A stretch of DNA of 64,000 nt from Orbicella franksi (taxonomy: Eukaryota). The position numbers and the translations under genes were made by a program. Shown piece by piece: positions 38,501 through 50,500 of the stretch; positions within the stretch are counted from its first letter, which is position 1, and each line of letters opens with the position of its first letter. The DNA is taken from NCBI GenBank assembly GCA_964199315.1, contig OZ116700.1:2728001-2792000 (forward strand), in the 5' to 3' direction. The notes beneath the pieces were generated by a model that was not told the origin of the DNA, did not search any database, and was given only the letters and a program-made list of their open reading frames with translations.

Positions 38501-41500
38501 TCCGAAATGTATGCAACAGTCGGCTCTGCGATCGCTTGCGATCGTCTGCGATTATATGGAAACAACTCTCTTTGCGATCGTCTACGATCTGCGATTTGCG
38601 ATCCGCGATCATCTGCGATCGTCTGCGATCGTCTGCGATCATATGGAAACCAGCCTTTATTTACAAACATTAAACCATTTACCCGCAACAGGAACTGACG
38701 AGTTTTCTACAGTTATTTTCTCAGTAAACCATTATTGTCAAAGTCAACTGACGTTTGTTTTGTAGGTCTCACAGCAGAGCTGCTTTTATGGGAAGGTGGA
38801 CTTGTTTTAAAGTCCAGGTGAGTCTGGTTGGTACGTGTTTGTGATCAGTAAACTGTGGAGCTGCTTCTATTGTTTTGTTTTCTTAAAGTAAGACGAGATT
38901 TAGTTTTGTCGGTTGCAGTACAAATTTTAGCAGTATGTGCAACCTTTAACTGGGTAAACCGAAAACATGGATAGCACCAAATGAAAGAACTGCTTTATGA
39001 CTTTTACATGAATGCATAGTCACACTTTAGGGTGTCATCCACAGCTTCAAGAAGTAAACCAAACAATACCTTTAGTACACTCTGGAGGCAATAAATATTT
39101 GGTTGGGGATGAGGCTCCGGTAAAAAGGAAGATTTATAGAGGAGAATTCAATTGGAATTGGAAGCTATTTGTTTTTGTTAAGGTTCGAGATAATGATTGT
39201 CTGGCATTCTTCTCTATCACGTTTTACAGGCAGAATGACCTTTCAGTTGTCGATCTTAATGCCCAGTCATACTATCCTAAGGTAAAGTTTAAAAAAAAGA
39301 CATAAAAACATAGATAAAGCGAAATATCAGTTGTTTTTGCGTAGTAGCTTGAACCTGTGCAAGTTTCAGCTCAATTGTTGAAACCTCTCTTCCAAAACTG
39401 TGTGAATCTTTATTATTTAAGGCAACCCTTTAACCTATCAATTATCTCATTGGAATAAATATTACCACTTCTTTCTACTACCACATTTATAACTTATCAC
39501 CTGCATTGATCAATAAATGTCAGTGTTTTCCTCTGGTATTTTTGAAGTAAGCACGAATGGTCTCCATAATATAAAGTGTTTACAGTTCGGGGCCTGTTAA
39601 AATGTAGTTTGTTTATTTCCTCTGGTTTGTTTTGACAGGTTATCTCTGTAGAGAACGAGAATGTTTTTGACTTCGAGGTAAGAGTGCACGCGAACTACCA
39701 AATGAATACGAATTAATTGAAAAGTGATCTTCGAGATTTTACACTGTTCTAATATCCGTTTCGATTAGTCTACACGATTTGCAAGTAAAGTTCTACGCCC
39801 ATCTCAGTGCACTGCTTCCTTATTTACAGGCCTTCTCGATGTTGTCAACATTCTGCGACCTATGGAAAATGAAATTTTTTCTTAGTTAGGGAATTCCAAT
39901 GTGAAATAACTAAAACTTCACAGTCTTTTTTCTTGGTAATCTTCAATGCATTGGTATTGATTCAAAACTGCTCCATTCGAGTCTAGGTATAGGCCTTAGA
40001 TGAGTTGCTAAACTTGATGATAAGAAAATTAAGACTCTAGTGATATTCTAATTGTAAATTTCGTAGTTCGCATTGTAAAATTTGACTTACGGTATCTTCA
40101 TTTCAAAAATGTTATCTTTTTAGTTTAAATACTTCAACGATACAAACAAACCAACGATGGATGAGCCAAACACTGCTGATCTCACAAAGCCAGATGGAAA
40201 CCTTGAGCTCAACATTGGCAAGATAAACATTGTCTTTCTGTATCGATTCATCTCTGAACTGTTGGTGAGTGTTTCTTAGTTTGAAGAACATGTTTCTGTC
40301 ATTGAGATTTTAATTCTCTCTTTCTTAAACAGCGATCGTGAACTTTTACGAGCACTAAAGAGGTAAACCTCTCTCTTAAAATGTTTTACATGTCTTTTTA
40401 TATATATATATATTAACCCATGTATTGTTGACTTTCTCTCTTTCATAAGCAATTTGTTGAACCTTTGACAAGTCCTCAATCAACCGAGTATGTAAAAGCA
40501 ACTGCACAAAGAGCAGCCACCGAACAAGTAAATGCGTTATAAAAATCTGTGTTATTGCAATCCTGACATCCTCATCATCGTTTTCTTTGTCATCCTCGTC
40601 ATCGCTTTCCTTCTCTTCCTCGTCCACTTCCTCGCCCTGAATCCTTATCCTTACATTCGTTTTAAAGGCCCATTAACCGATCTTTTCGAGCCGTTGCTAA
40701 GGAAAATTTAGTCTCATCTAACCTCCTCATTTTTAATTAGTTCAGAGTTATTTGATGTGTTTCAACTTTTTCATGATCAGTAACACTAGTGATGACGTCA
40801 TCAGGCCACGCCCATGGTCATGTGACTAATACAGAAAAAATGCAAAGGCTCCCAGGCAAATTACTTTCTCGGGATTTTTTCCATTGATTTAGTATTTTAA
40901 TTTAAATCCTCATTACGCTATGCATCGAGTTTGTTTCATTTCTAAAAGGTCAGATTTTGAGAGCATTTCAAAATATTGAAAAATTCGTAATTTTCTGAAA
41001 AAAAGCACGATTTCGAAAAAGGAATGCATAGCTATGTTGCCAACGTTGGCTTTAATCGAAATTCGTCGAAAAAGGCTGGATTTAATGAAAAACCGTGTTT
41101 TCTTTAGCATTTAAAGAAACCGGAAGTGCGCCCGATATCTATTGGAAGTTACCCTATCAGCGCGTGCGCAATTTACATTACCAGCGCACTTCGGTAAGAT
41201 CAAACAAAGCCACACGGAGTTAGTTTTTCTGTTTCTATTGCTCTTGTTTTTCCGTCTTTCTCTTATTTTGTCTTTGCTTGTACTTTTTTTACTTTGCATT
41301 TTGCGAAACACAAAGAAAAACATCTAAAATGTATGCGAATTTGCAACTTTTTGAGTTGTTTTTATTTTCCGTGCTCAGGCTGACGTAAGTGACCGGAAGT
41401 GAAATTTCACCTCCTTAGCAACGCGCGCGAGCGCGCGCATGAATCGGTTAATGGGCCCTTAATCCTTAGTTCAATCCACATTTTTGTTGTTATCCTCATC

Positions 41501-44500
41501 TATTTCCTCGTCACCATCCACATCGTTACCCTCATTAATTATCCCCATTCCATCTTCATCTTCATCTCCATCATCATCTTCATCCACATCATCATTCTCG
41601 CTCTTATACACATTCACTTCTCTTATCCCCTTCTTTGCATCAGCTTCTATAATCCTGAAACGACATCGGTGTTAAATATGAATCGGATGGTGGAAATTGT
41701 TGAATTTCTTCTTCAATTGGTATACTTCCCTAACACTTTGATGTTTGATTTCTACAGATAGAGTCGATTCAAAGCCAGGGAACCCGCATTGCTTTACAAG
41801 TGGCAATTAGTGCTCCACTCGTGATAATTCCGCGCCACTCTCACTCGGTCGATATGCTTCTTGTTGATCTGGGACATTTGGATCTTCAGAATGAATTTGA
41901 TCTTCTACCATTGCCAGGTGAACACGACGACAAGGAGAGTGTATTTGATGTCATGGAATTGTCTCTACAATCAGTGCAGCTAACGAGGTAGGCCACATTT
42001 TTTGCGAGATTAGCATGTTTTTTTTTTCTTTTTTTTTTCTGTAGTGGAGGACCAGAATGGATTATTCCTTGTGTCCTTCGGAGTACTTTCAACCATTAAA
42101 CAGTGTATGGTATGAAAAATACAGTCATCATTTCGAGAAATGTCCGAGTTTTTGTTCTGAAGTCGCAGGATGCTTCATCAGATAAGATAATTAATTTCCT
42201 TTTTGTAAACCTCTTTACTAAGCAGTAAACGAAGAGAATCTAAATTGTTATGGTAAGAATCTCAATTTAAATCTAAATTTTGGAGATAAATGAAGGTGTT
42301 CGTTAGTTTCCCATGGAACACTAGTTTCCGCGAATGGTGAATGTTCCAAACTAGAGGTTTTTCAACATGTGTTTTTCAAAATGTCGATTAATTTGTTCCT
42401 ACAGGAACAGGTAAGTTAAAAACTTCAAATCCACCATGTATCAGTGAATTGTACATTCAAGTAACTGGAATGCGATTTAGATGATGTTAACTGGAGTGTT
42501 CAGTAGATGTGTTTCGTCATTTATTTTGTCCGGCTGTAGGGGTGTCATGGATTTAAGTTCATCTGCTGTTGTCAAGCGACATCTTATCGAGCCAATAAAA
42601 CTTGATGCGAACATAAAACGTTCACTGCAGCCTTCTTGCCAAGACGTCCCGGTTCTAGAATGTTCTGCCACCTTGGACTTTGTTAAGGTATGTCACCGTT
42701 GGTTGTGTGAAATTTCTTGAATGTCTTTCTTAAAACAACGTATGCCAGCGTAATACCGATTAAATTCTGGTTCAGGTTTGGCCCTCTTTCCGGCGCATCA
42801 TGCTAAAGATCATTCTGTACCATGAACTGTTGTCAGAGTTGGCTGAAGTAATGTTGGTTAGCGCTAAGACTTTTGAACACCATAATTTCTCGGTATTTAT
42901 CGTTAAAAGTGGTAACAAACGTGATCATATCACATTTTATGTAGATTTTGTATGTTTTAAAATTTTTATACGGAGACGTGTCTCCATTACATGTAAATGA
43001 ATGTTACCTTTTTTCCCCTCAATTGCGAATTCGCAGCTGCAATATCAAGTTTGCGAAATTTGTTTTATATTTCCTTCTTTTTTTTTTATAGATGAATCTG
43101 GGTCAACAAGATTACCACGTACTCACTACACTTTTTCAAGAAAATCTAAAGGAATCTGAAAGTTACGCCTTGATGGAAGGTAACACGTGTTTGTTACTGA
43201 ACAAGTGTATTGTTCTCAAAGCATTAAATTAGTCTACATCCAGAGTCAGCTTCTCAGGGTCATTGATAATTCAGTGTATTAACACAAAAGTAGTCATAAT
43301 CGTCACAGTGTTGGGAAATGTGTTCATAATTACCATAGATGGTAATGATAATATTTCCCTGTTTCTCCGTAGTTTTAGTATCAATTGAGGGCATATAGAA
43401 AACACGAGAGGCAGTGTTTATTGAGATTTCCAGGCACTCTCTTCTCGTTGTTTGAAATTATGATGAACGTTTTCTCTCGTGTTTGATATGATACGTCCAT
43501 TTTTGTTGTTTTGTAGAGGCAAATCAAACATCTGAAAACTTGGCAGAGGAACAAGAAGAACAGATTGAACCTACTATTGCAACTAATGCTTCATCAGGTA
43601 TGATTGGATTGTTTTTGGACGTCTCTGCTTGTAGTGTGATTCCAGTGGATTGAGCATTGTAAATTTAGCTACTTGGGTAGAAGTACAGTAGTTGCTGCGT
43701 GATTATGGAATAAGCGTAGAGGTGGTGAAGATAATTTTATTTCTGATATACGTTTCCTAAAACAGCTGTATATTTTACTGAATAATCATGATACCTGTTC
43801 CTTAGTGAAACACATGTAACAGCTCAACAGATATATGTAGTGGTTTGTCTTCATAGAACCTGGTCCAACTCAGGAAGCTACTGACACAGTGTGGGATCAG
43901 ATGGTGTTTTCATTTGATCTTGCCGGAGCGAGCCTTACTCTGTACAGTAATGAGAAACCTCTGGTAAGTTATTTGCAATCAATTACCGCAATCATATCAC
44001 AAGGAAATGTTGTGTTGTGGTACAAAGGGGCCGAGGTACTGAGCAGATGTGCTTTATTAGTCGAGCGTTTTCTTTAAGGAACCTGAAGACTTCTCACTGT
44101 TCCTGTACGCTGCTAGTTTCTTATTGAGATACAAATCAATTTTTATTTTAGAGAAGTCTTGAATTTACCCAACGCACACAATAAACTAAGGGAGCGTTTC
44201 TTTGGAATGATACGGATCAGGATCCTGATCTCTGATCACCGGATCATGACGAATCAAAGGAACCAGTGAATCCATTGTGGGCGCATCGGTTTCTTTGATG
44301 CACCACGATCTAAGTGATCTTGCATCATTGATCCTGATCGGTGCAGCAAAAGAACCGGTGAATCCACTCTCGGCAAGGATTCATCAGTTTCTTTGATGCG
44401 CCACGATCTGAGTGATGTTAGATCATTGATCTTGATCCAGACGAACGAACGAATGTACCTTAAGTGACAGAGTAAGGGCCACTTTAGCCTCCTTGTCACT

Positions 44501-47500
44501 TGACGTGTTCACGTAGTTTACTGTTGCAATGCACCATTTAACCTTGGGTATCAGTTCATTCAGCACCTAACTGTGAAAGACCTAAGGCTTAAGGATTCCC
44601 GACCGCAAAGATCGTTGCAAGGCAGTTTGATATATCTTTATGTCTTGCAGGATCCGTTTGATTCCCAGTCATCGTTTTGCGATCCAGCAACACGGTTATG
44701 TCTGTGTGAAGTGGACAAAAGTGTGGTTACCGTTGTTTTGCCCAGTGACAGATCTGTTCAAATTCATTGCATGCTTAATGGCTGCGTAGTGGAAGACGTT
44801 AGAAAAGGAACAGTTTCTGCTTTTCCAAGGTAAGCGTAACACAAATGCTTACTTTTATTGCAGTTTTGTCGATGAAGTTCGTCTTGATTCATCAGTCACT
44901 GATAAGTTAATTTCATTTTTGATCAAAGGTTAATCGACAAGAAAAAGGCGACAAATGCCAGTGTTACAAAATCTCCCAGCAAAGAAATGTGTGACATAGC
45001 TTTCTGCCAGTTGCCTTCGGGAGAGATGAAAGGTTTGTTCTCATGGCTGATCTTTAATAAAAACAGTTCTACACAAATTAAAGACGTTTTGTGAAACAAC
45101 TGGTGCAGTTCTGGGCTTTCCAGCTCGCAAAAATGAAAATTTTGATCTCAAGATGGAATGCCTGCGTTTAAATGAGCCCAAACGCAAGGAGACTGCCGTT
45201 GTCGTGAAATGATATTCCTAACTTTGTTCAAAATGTTTAATAATCCAAAGCTTCTACTCCGAGTAAAATGTGCACTTGTTACGTGTAAACAAATACAGTA
45301 ACTATACTCTGCTTCATTGGCTTTCAACAATCGTTTGGAAATATAACAGTCCTCTTTGTTTGACAAGCATTCATATCGATTTTGTAGTTTCTAAGTAAAG
45401 AAAAAACACCCAAACAAATTGGAAAAAAATTGTTGAAAGCAACAGTTGCCTGGTCTAAAATGCATTGTTAATCTTGTAAGTTGTCTTCACACAAAAATGT
45501 TAAAAGTTCTTCTTGTTCTTTAATTTCAGTCGACATTTCCTTGCAAAATGCTACCATCTTTGTGAACTTTCCTTTTATACTTCCTTTACTGGAGTTCTTC
45601 ACCGCCCCATCGTCTGATTTGTATGAGCGGGAGCAGCGTCAAACCACAATTGCCAGCCAAACATCATTCGTTACTTCCCCTGGTCGAGTCCTTGATCCTG
45701 GAAACGGGGATGTGCCCTTGCATAGGCTTGAAAGTGAAGTTATCACTGCAACTGGGGCTCTTAACCAGGTGGATGCTGCAACGTTGCGTTCTCAAGGGAC
45801 CCAGATGAAGATTTCTGTTCATGGTGTAGTTAAGGAGCCGGACATTATCTTAATGTCCGACGCCACAAAAAAAGACAGTGAGGCACTTATTGTCCAGGTC
45901 AGTAGGGATAATTAAAGCTATTAAACTGTTTCTTTGAAACTTTCACTTGCTCTTTCGGGATTCATCCGAGGTTAAAACTGATTTTGAAATCATCGGTTCG
46001 TCAAGTTTAACTGGACTTCTTCAGGATTTAAGAAAATACAAGTCAATATGGTGGACTGATGTTTTTGCTTCGGTTTCGATCAATTTTGTCAATTTTATTT
46101 TTTATACTTTTTTAAACAATTTGAAATTCAGAAAGAGAATTATCATTTGAAGTTTGTGAAGGTAAATATGCCGGAGTAGCGAATTTAAGAATTTGCCGTT
46201 ACGAGCTCCAGTCCTTCGTAATATTCCCAAACCAATCCCGTGGGAGTTGAATTCTTTCCTTATGGAAACACTTTCACGTATGGCTTCAGGCCAAGTGAGT
46301 GAAAACGTTCTGTATTATTCTTCTGTAAATTGAAATACGACTTTTAGTGCTTTATGTTGGTTTTGTTTTGTTAATGTTCTTGCGATAGATAGTCGCTCTT
46401 TAGTTTTGATACTTTGTACGAAGAATATTGCTTTCCGAGGGCATTTGTGATTGATCGACAAATGAAACGAAGACGTCTTAAAATAAGGGAGCAGAAAGAA
46501 ATAAAACAGGACTAGCACGTACGTTATTTTTATATGGTCTTTCAATTTCGTTCATTCAGGCGGAGGTGCAATTTGATTACAAGCTGGAAGACGCGAAACA
46601 GATGGTTTCTGCAAATCTCACAAATCTCCACATGCAAGCCTCACAGTTTCCTGATGTAAAGAAGACATCTTACAAGGTAACTTTAGAAATGGCACTTTAT
46701 GTATCGGGTTATGAATTGTGCTCGAGGTCACTTGAAGACGACTTTAGTCTCTCGTAATTTGCAGGATGACCAATGACATTAATAGGGGGTAAAGTCACTG
46801 GTTGGCTGGTGGCCAACGTAACCTCGAAAAGCCCTATTGGGGAATGTTTATTTGTATTGTGTTTTATTGCATACGTTGTCTTACATCATGTCTTTTTAAG
46901 GGTTCTCCATCGTCCCTGATAGTGCGCTACCTTGCGTGTGGAGTCCTCTTTGTATGTGTTCTTCAGTTCCCTTGGCTCGGCGATTTGTTCACTGCCTTCT
47001 ATATTGCTTTTCCATTATGGATTCTATCTGATGCACTCGATTTTATTTTCTGTAATTCTTCGCAAGCCAACTCCCATTTTCGTTCTACACAAACGTCATT
47101 TTGCTTTTGATAACCTTGATCTGTCATGGTCACCTTCTTCATGTATCGTTTACAGAGAGCTTCAGTTTGGAGTTTCGAATAAATCTTTCATTTCTGTAAG
47201 TGTTTCATTTTGTGACTTTTGCCCAACATGATAATTTGATATGGCTTAGCCTGAGTGTTGGGCTTTTTGAAAGTACATCCCCTCCCCTTCGGAAAGCCTG
47301 ATACTCAGGTTAGGTAAAACTTAAGCACTGTACCAATGAGTAAACCTTTCTTACAGGTTTTGAATCCTTGTTCGCTGACTTTCGAGTACTTAACGCCCGC
47401 TTCTAGCGAAGGTGGTCAGGACATTACTATTTCATTGGAAGAGATGGTGTTCGAATTCTCTCCTGGGCTGCTTACCACTCTCAGCAATGTTGTTGCAGCT

Positions 47501-50500
47501 TTAACAGGGCAACAAAAGGTTTGTTTGTCCCTTACTGACACCTTAAAGTCTTAACATTACATTGCGTTGCGTTGTGTTGCGTTGCGTTGTATTGCATTGC
47601 ATTGCATCGTATCGCATTACATTACATTATATTACCTTGATTTTGATTTGTTCTGTGTTGATTTTGATATTTACATTCAAAATGTGTGGCAAACTTGATT
47701 GCTGGCAAGAAATGTATGTAATTAAAAAGTGGTAAATTCCAACAAAGTGATGGAAAGTAATTCTTCTAAGGGTACATCGAGCCAAATGTGAACATTCAAG
47801 CATCGCATTGTCAAACTTGGCCAGGTCATTCATACCACTTATTCTTGGGACTCAAAGCGTTGTTCCGGGTAATTTGTCAAAAAATAGCTCAACACTACGC
47901 CTCCTGAGTGGGATTCTAGTGTATCGCAGTTTTCTTTAGGTGGTTTGTCAGATTGCCCCAACATTTTGCCGTATCTGTTAATAATCCTTGGCGCGTGGAG
48001 GTGTATTGTGAAAGATAGAGCGGTTTTCATTTAATTTGAGTGTCGAAAAGTAATTGGTTTTGCACTTACTTTGCTACGCGATTGGCTTAAAAAACTCTCG
48101 CCTGTTTTTCATCCAATCAGAAGTAACCCCAAAACCAATTGTGACTCACTCGCACACGTTTTCGCCCGCTTCGCGTCAGCTACATACTTCGATATTTGAT
48201 TGACTCACTGGATTGTTTGCGTCCTTTGTGATTGGCTAGAGTGATAACTTTGGTTTTGGTTTTAGGACACCCATTTGAAAAGCGCTCTATGTCTCCTTAG
48301 CTTTGTTTTATGCCGTGGTTCACCTCTCGGTTGTACATTCAACTGAGTTTATGAACATTTTAATCGTTTTTCTCAATTGTTCTCATTGGAGTTCAAAAGA
48401 GGAAGTCACATTTCAACTCACCTAGAGCAACTTATTTATTTTTGTACTCTTTCTAAAGGTTGATGAAAGTATTCAGACAACAGGACATGAGGTTATAGCT
48501 TCTCCTGGCGACTTGTGGGATGCCAGACCAGCCTCGGCCGAGTATTGGTATAAGAAAAAAGGTAAAGGGAAGTAATATGGGTATTAGTGAGGGAGAGAGG
48601 GGGTGTACGGTTAAAACCCAGGCATTAACCCTGTAATTATAAATCATTTTCTCCGTTATACTAATGTGAACCAAAAGTGTTTATTTTTAACGATCTAATG
48701 ACATCTGTCACGAAGTAACCAAACTTTTCTCTGACGCACTCAATATTTCGTTTTATAGCAACTGAAGATTCCAAACCCAAGTTGGTGACAAGGAAATCGA
48801 CCGGTGATAAGGTAAAATTTGTTAAATTTAGTGTTTAATATAACCTCGAATTTGGTCTAATGTTTGGTCTTGCGGCACCAAGGCTCTGGAATAAACTAGC
48901 CCTCCAGATCAGACTTTCATCATCAGAGGCACTTTTTAAGGCTAATCTTAAGACTTATCTTTTTAAGCGTGCATTTGATTTGTAGTTTTTACTTTTTAAC
49001 TTTTAATTTTAACTTTTAGGATTTAGGATTTTAGGTTTTTAAAGGATTAGGAGTTTAATTTTAGGATTTTAAACTTAGGATTTCAATTTTAAAGTATTGT
49101 AAAGCGCCATGGACAATTAGTGGAAAATGGCGTAAAATAAATGTATATTTATTTATTCATTTTCCAGCACGTTGTCATAATAACGTCCTAGTTGCCTAAG
49201 CGAGATTCCTGAATTACACGAGAGTGAAAGTTATTCAAAAATTACTATTTTTTTACCATCAGCTGAGTTTAACAACAAAGGAAGTTCAAGTGGTGTTTGT
49301 GAATGAGATTGAAGGAGCTCATATCCCATTGCTGTTGGTGCGCTCATTCGTGACCGGCAAAGTGTGTGATTGGACTGCACAGGTACATACTATGATACAA
49401 GTATGAAACTCATTAAAGAGATTAAGCGTGTTTTGATCAACAATAAACAGGATAAATTAAGCAAAACAATTTAAGAACGACATTTGACTTTATATTATTT
49501 CTTAATGTTGATTGCTAGAGTGAAAACGTTGAACTAAATAGTTGCTTAGATGAGAACATTGGCTTTAACGCTTATTACGGTTTTTAGATTCAAACTCGTC
49601 CTTTCCGTTTGCCATGCATTTTTTATGAAAGTATCTTTGAGAATATTTGACTAATGTTAAAAAGGGTAAAATATTTAATGTTTATATTGGTCAATACGCT
49701 TAGCTGCACTTAGCGAGTTCTCAGGCATGCCAGTTAAACTGAAAAAAAAAAAAGAAAAAACAATATTTTAAATAAACGTAATAGGCTTAAAAATCCCAAT
49801 TGAAGGGAGGCAGACCAGTTGGCTGGCTCTTTGCCGAACAGTTGAACAAGGGTCTACCGAGATTCGGGACTCAAGACATGCGGATTTCAAGCCCGGCGTC
49901 CTAAACACTCGGCCACGCCGCCTCCAGACAACTAGTTGATGACTTACCTCCGGGTGTGATTGTTTTTGTTAACTAGCTCAAAGTAGAAGGAGATGTGGCG
50001 GCTCAAGTCTCGTACTACAATGAATGTCTGGCCGCTTGGGAACCGTTACTTGAGCCGGTAATCGTGGAGGAAGAGAAGACCATGTGGAAAGTACAAGTTA
50101 AGGTAACAATCTGGGATGTCACTGCTTCCATCTGCTCTTTGTAAAATAATGAAAAATGTAATAGTCAGAATTAATTTTGTACGATCCACGTTTTTCAGAA
50201 ATAAGCGGCCAAAATTTGTCTTTGTGATTGGTCAATGTTTCCTCTTTAGCTCTTTCTGGCAGAAGGGTATGTATCAAGCTTCTCTCCAAAAGATGTGGAA
50301 TCGTGCGACGGTCCTCCGCGAGACATCACAGATGCTTCTAAGCCTGCGGATGTGACTGACTCTGGTTTACGGTCTCAAGCACAGAAAAGAACTTCCATTA
50401 AACGGCCCCGGCGACTGTCTTCGTTGCAGTGTTCCGGTAGGCGAGGATGGTAAGGTTTCATTTTAGACATATGGGAAAACTAAATTGTTTCATTTTCCTC

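Noticed and set aside
37788-38765. Dense cluster of overlapping ORFs on both strands
   Set aside because: Produced by stop-poor GCGATC arrays of the Harbinger element; only the MADF remnant is meaningful.
40376-40627. Asp/Glu-rich minus-strand ORF
   Set aside because: Translation of a CAT/TCC low-complexity tract; no splice or homology support.
37903-44460. CRISPR-like arrays in the GATC-rich repeats
   Set aside because: No constant repeat with unique spacers; these are subterminal repeats of eukaryotic DNA transposons, and there are no cas genes.
47247-47312. Fifth TAG-terminal 9-bp-TSD MITE
   Set aside because: Short TIR-like ends (TAGCCTGAGT/ACTCAGGTTA) but no matching TSD.
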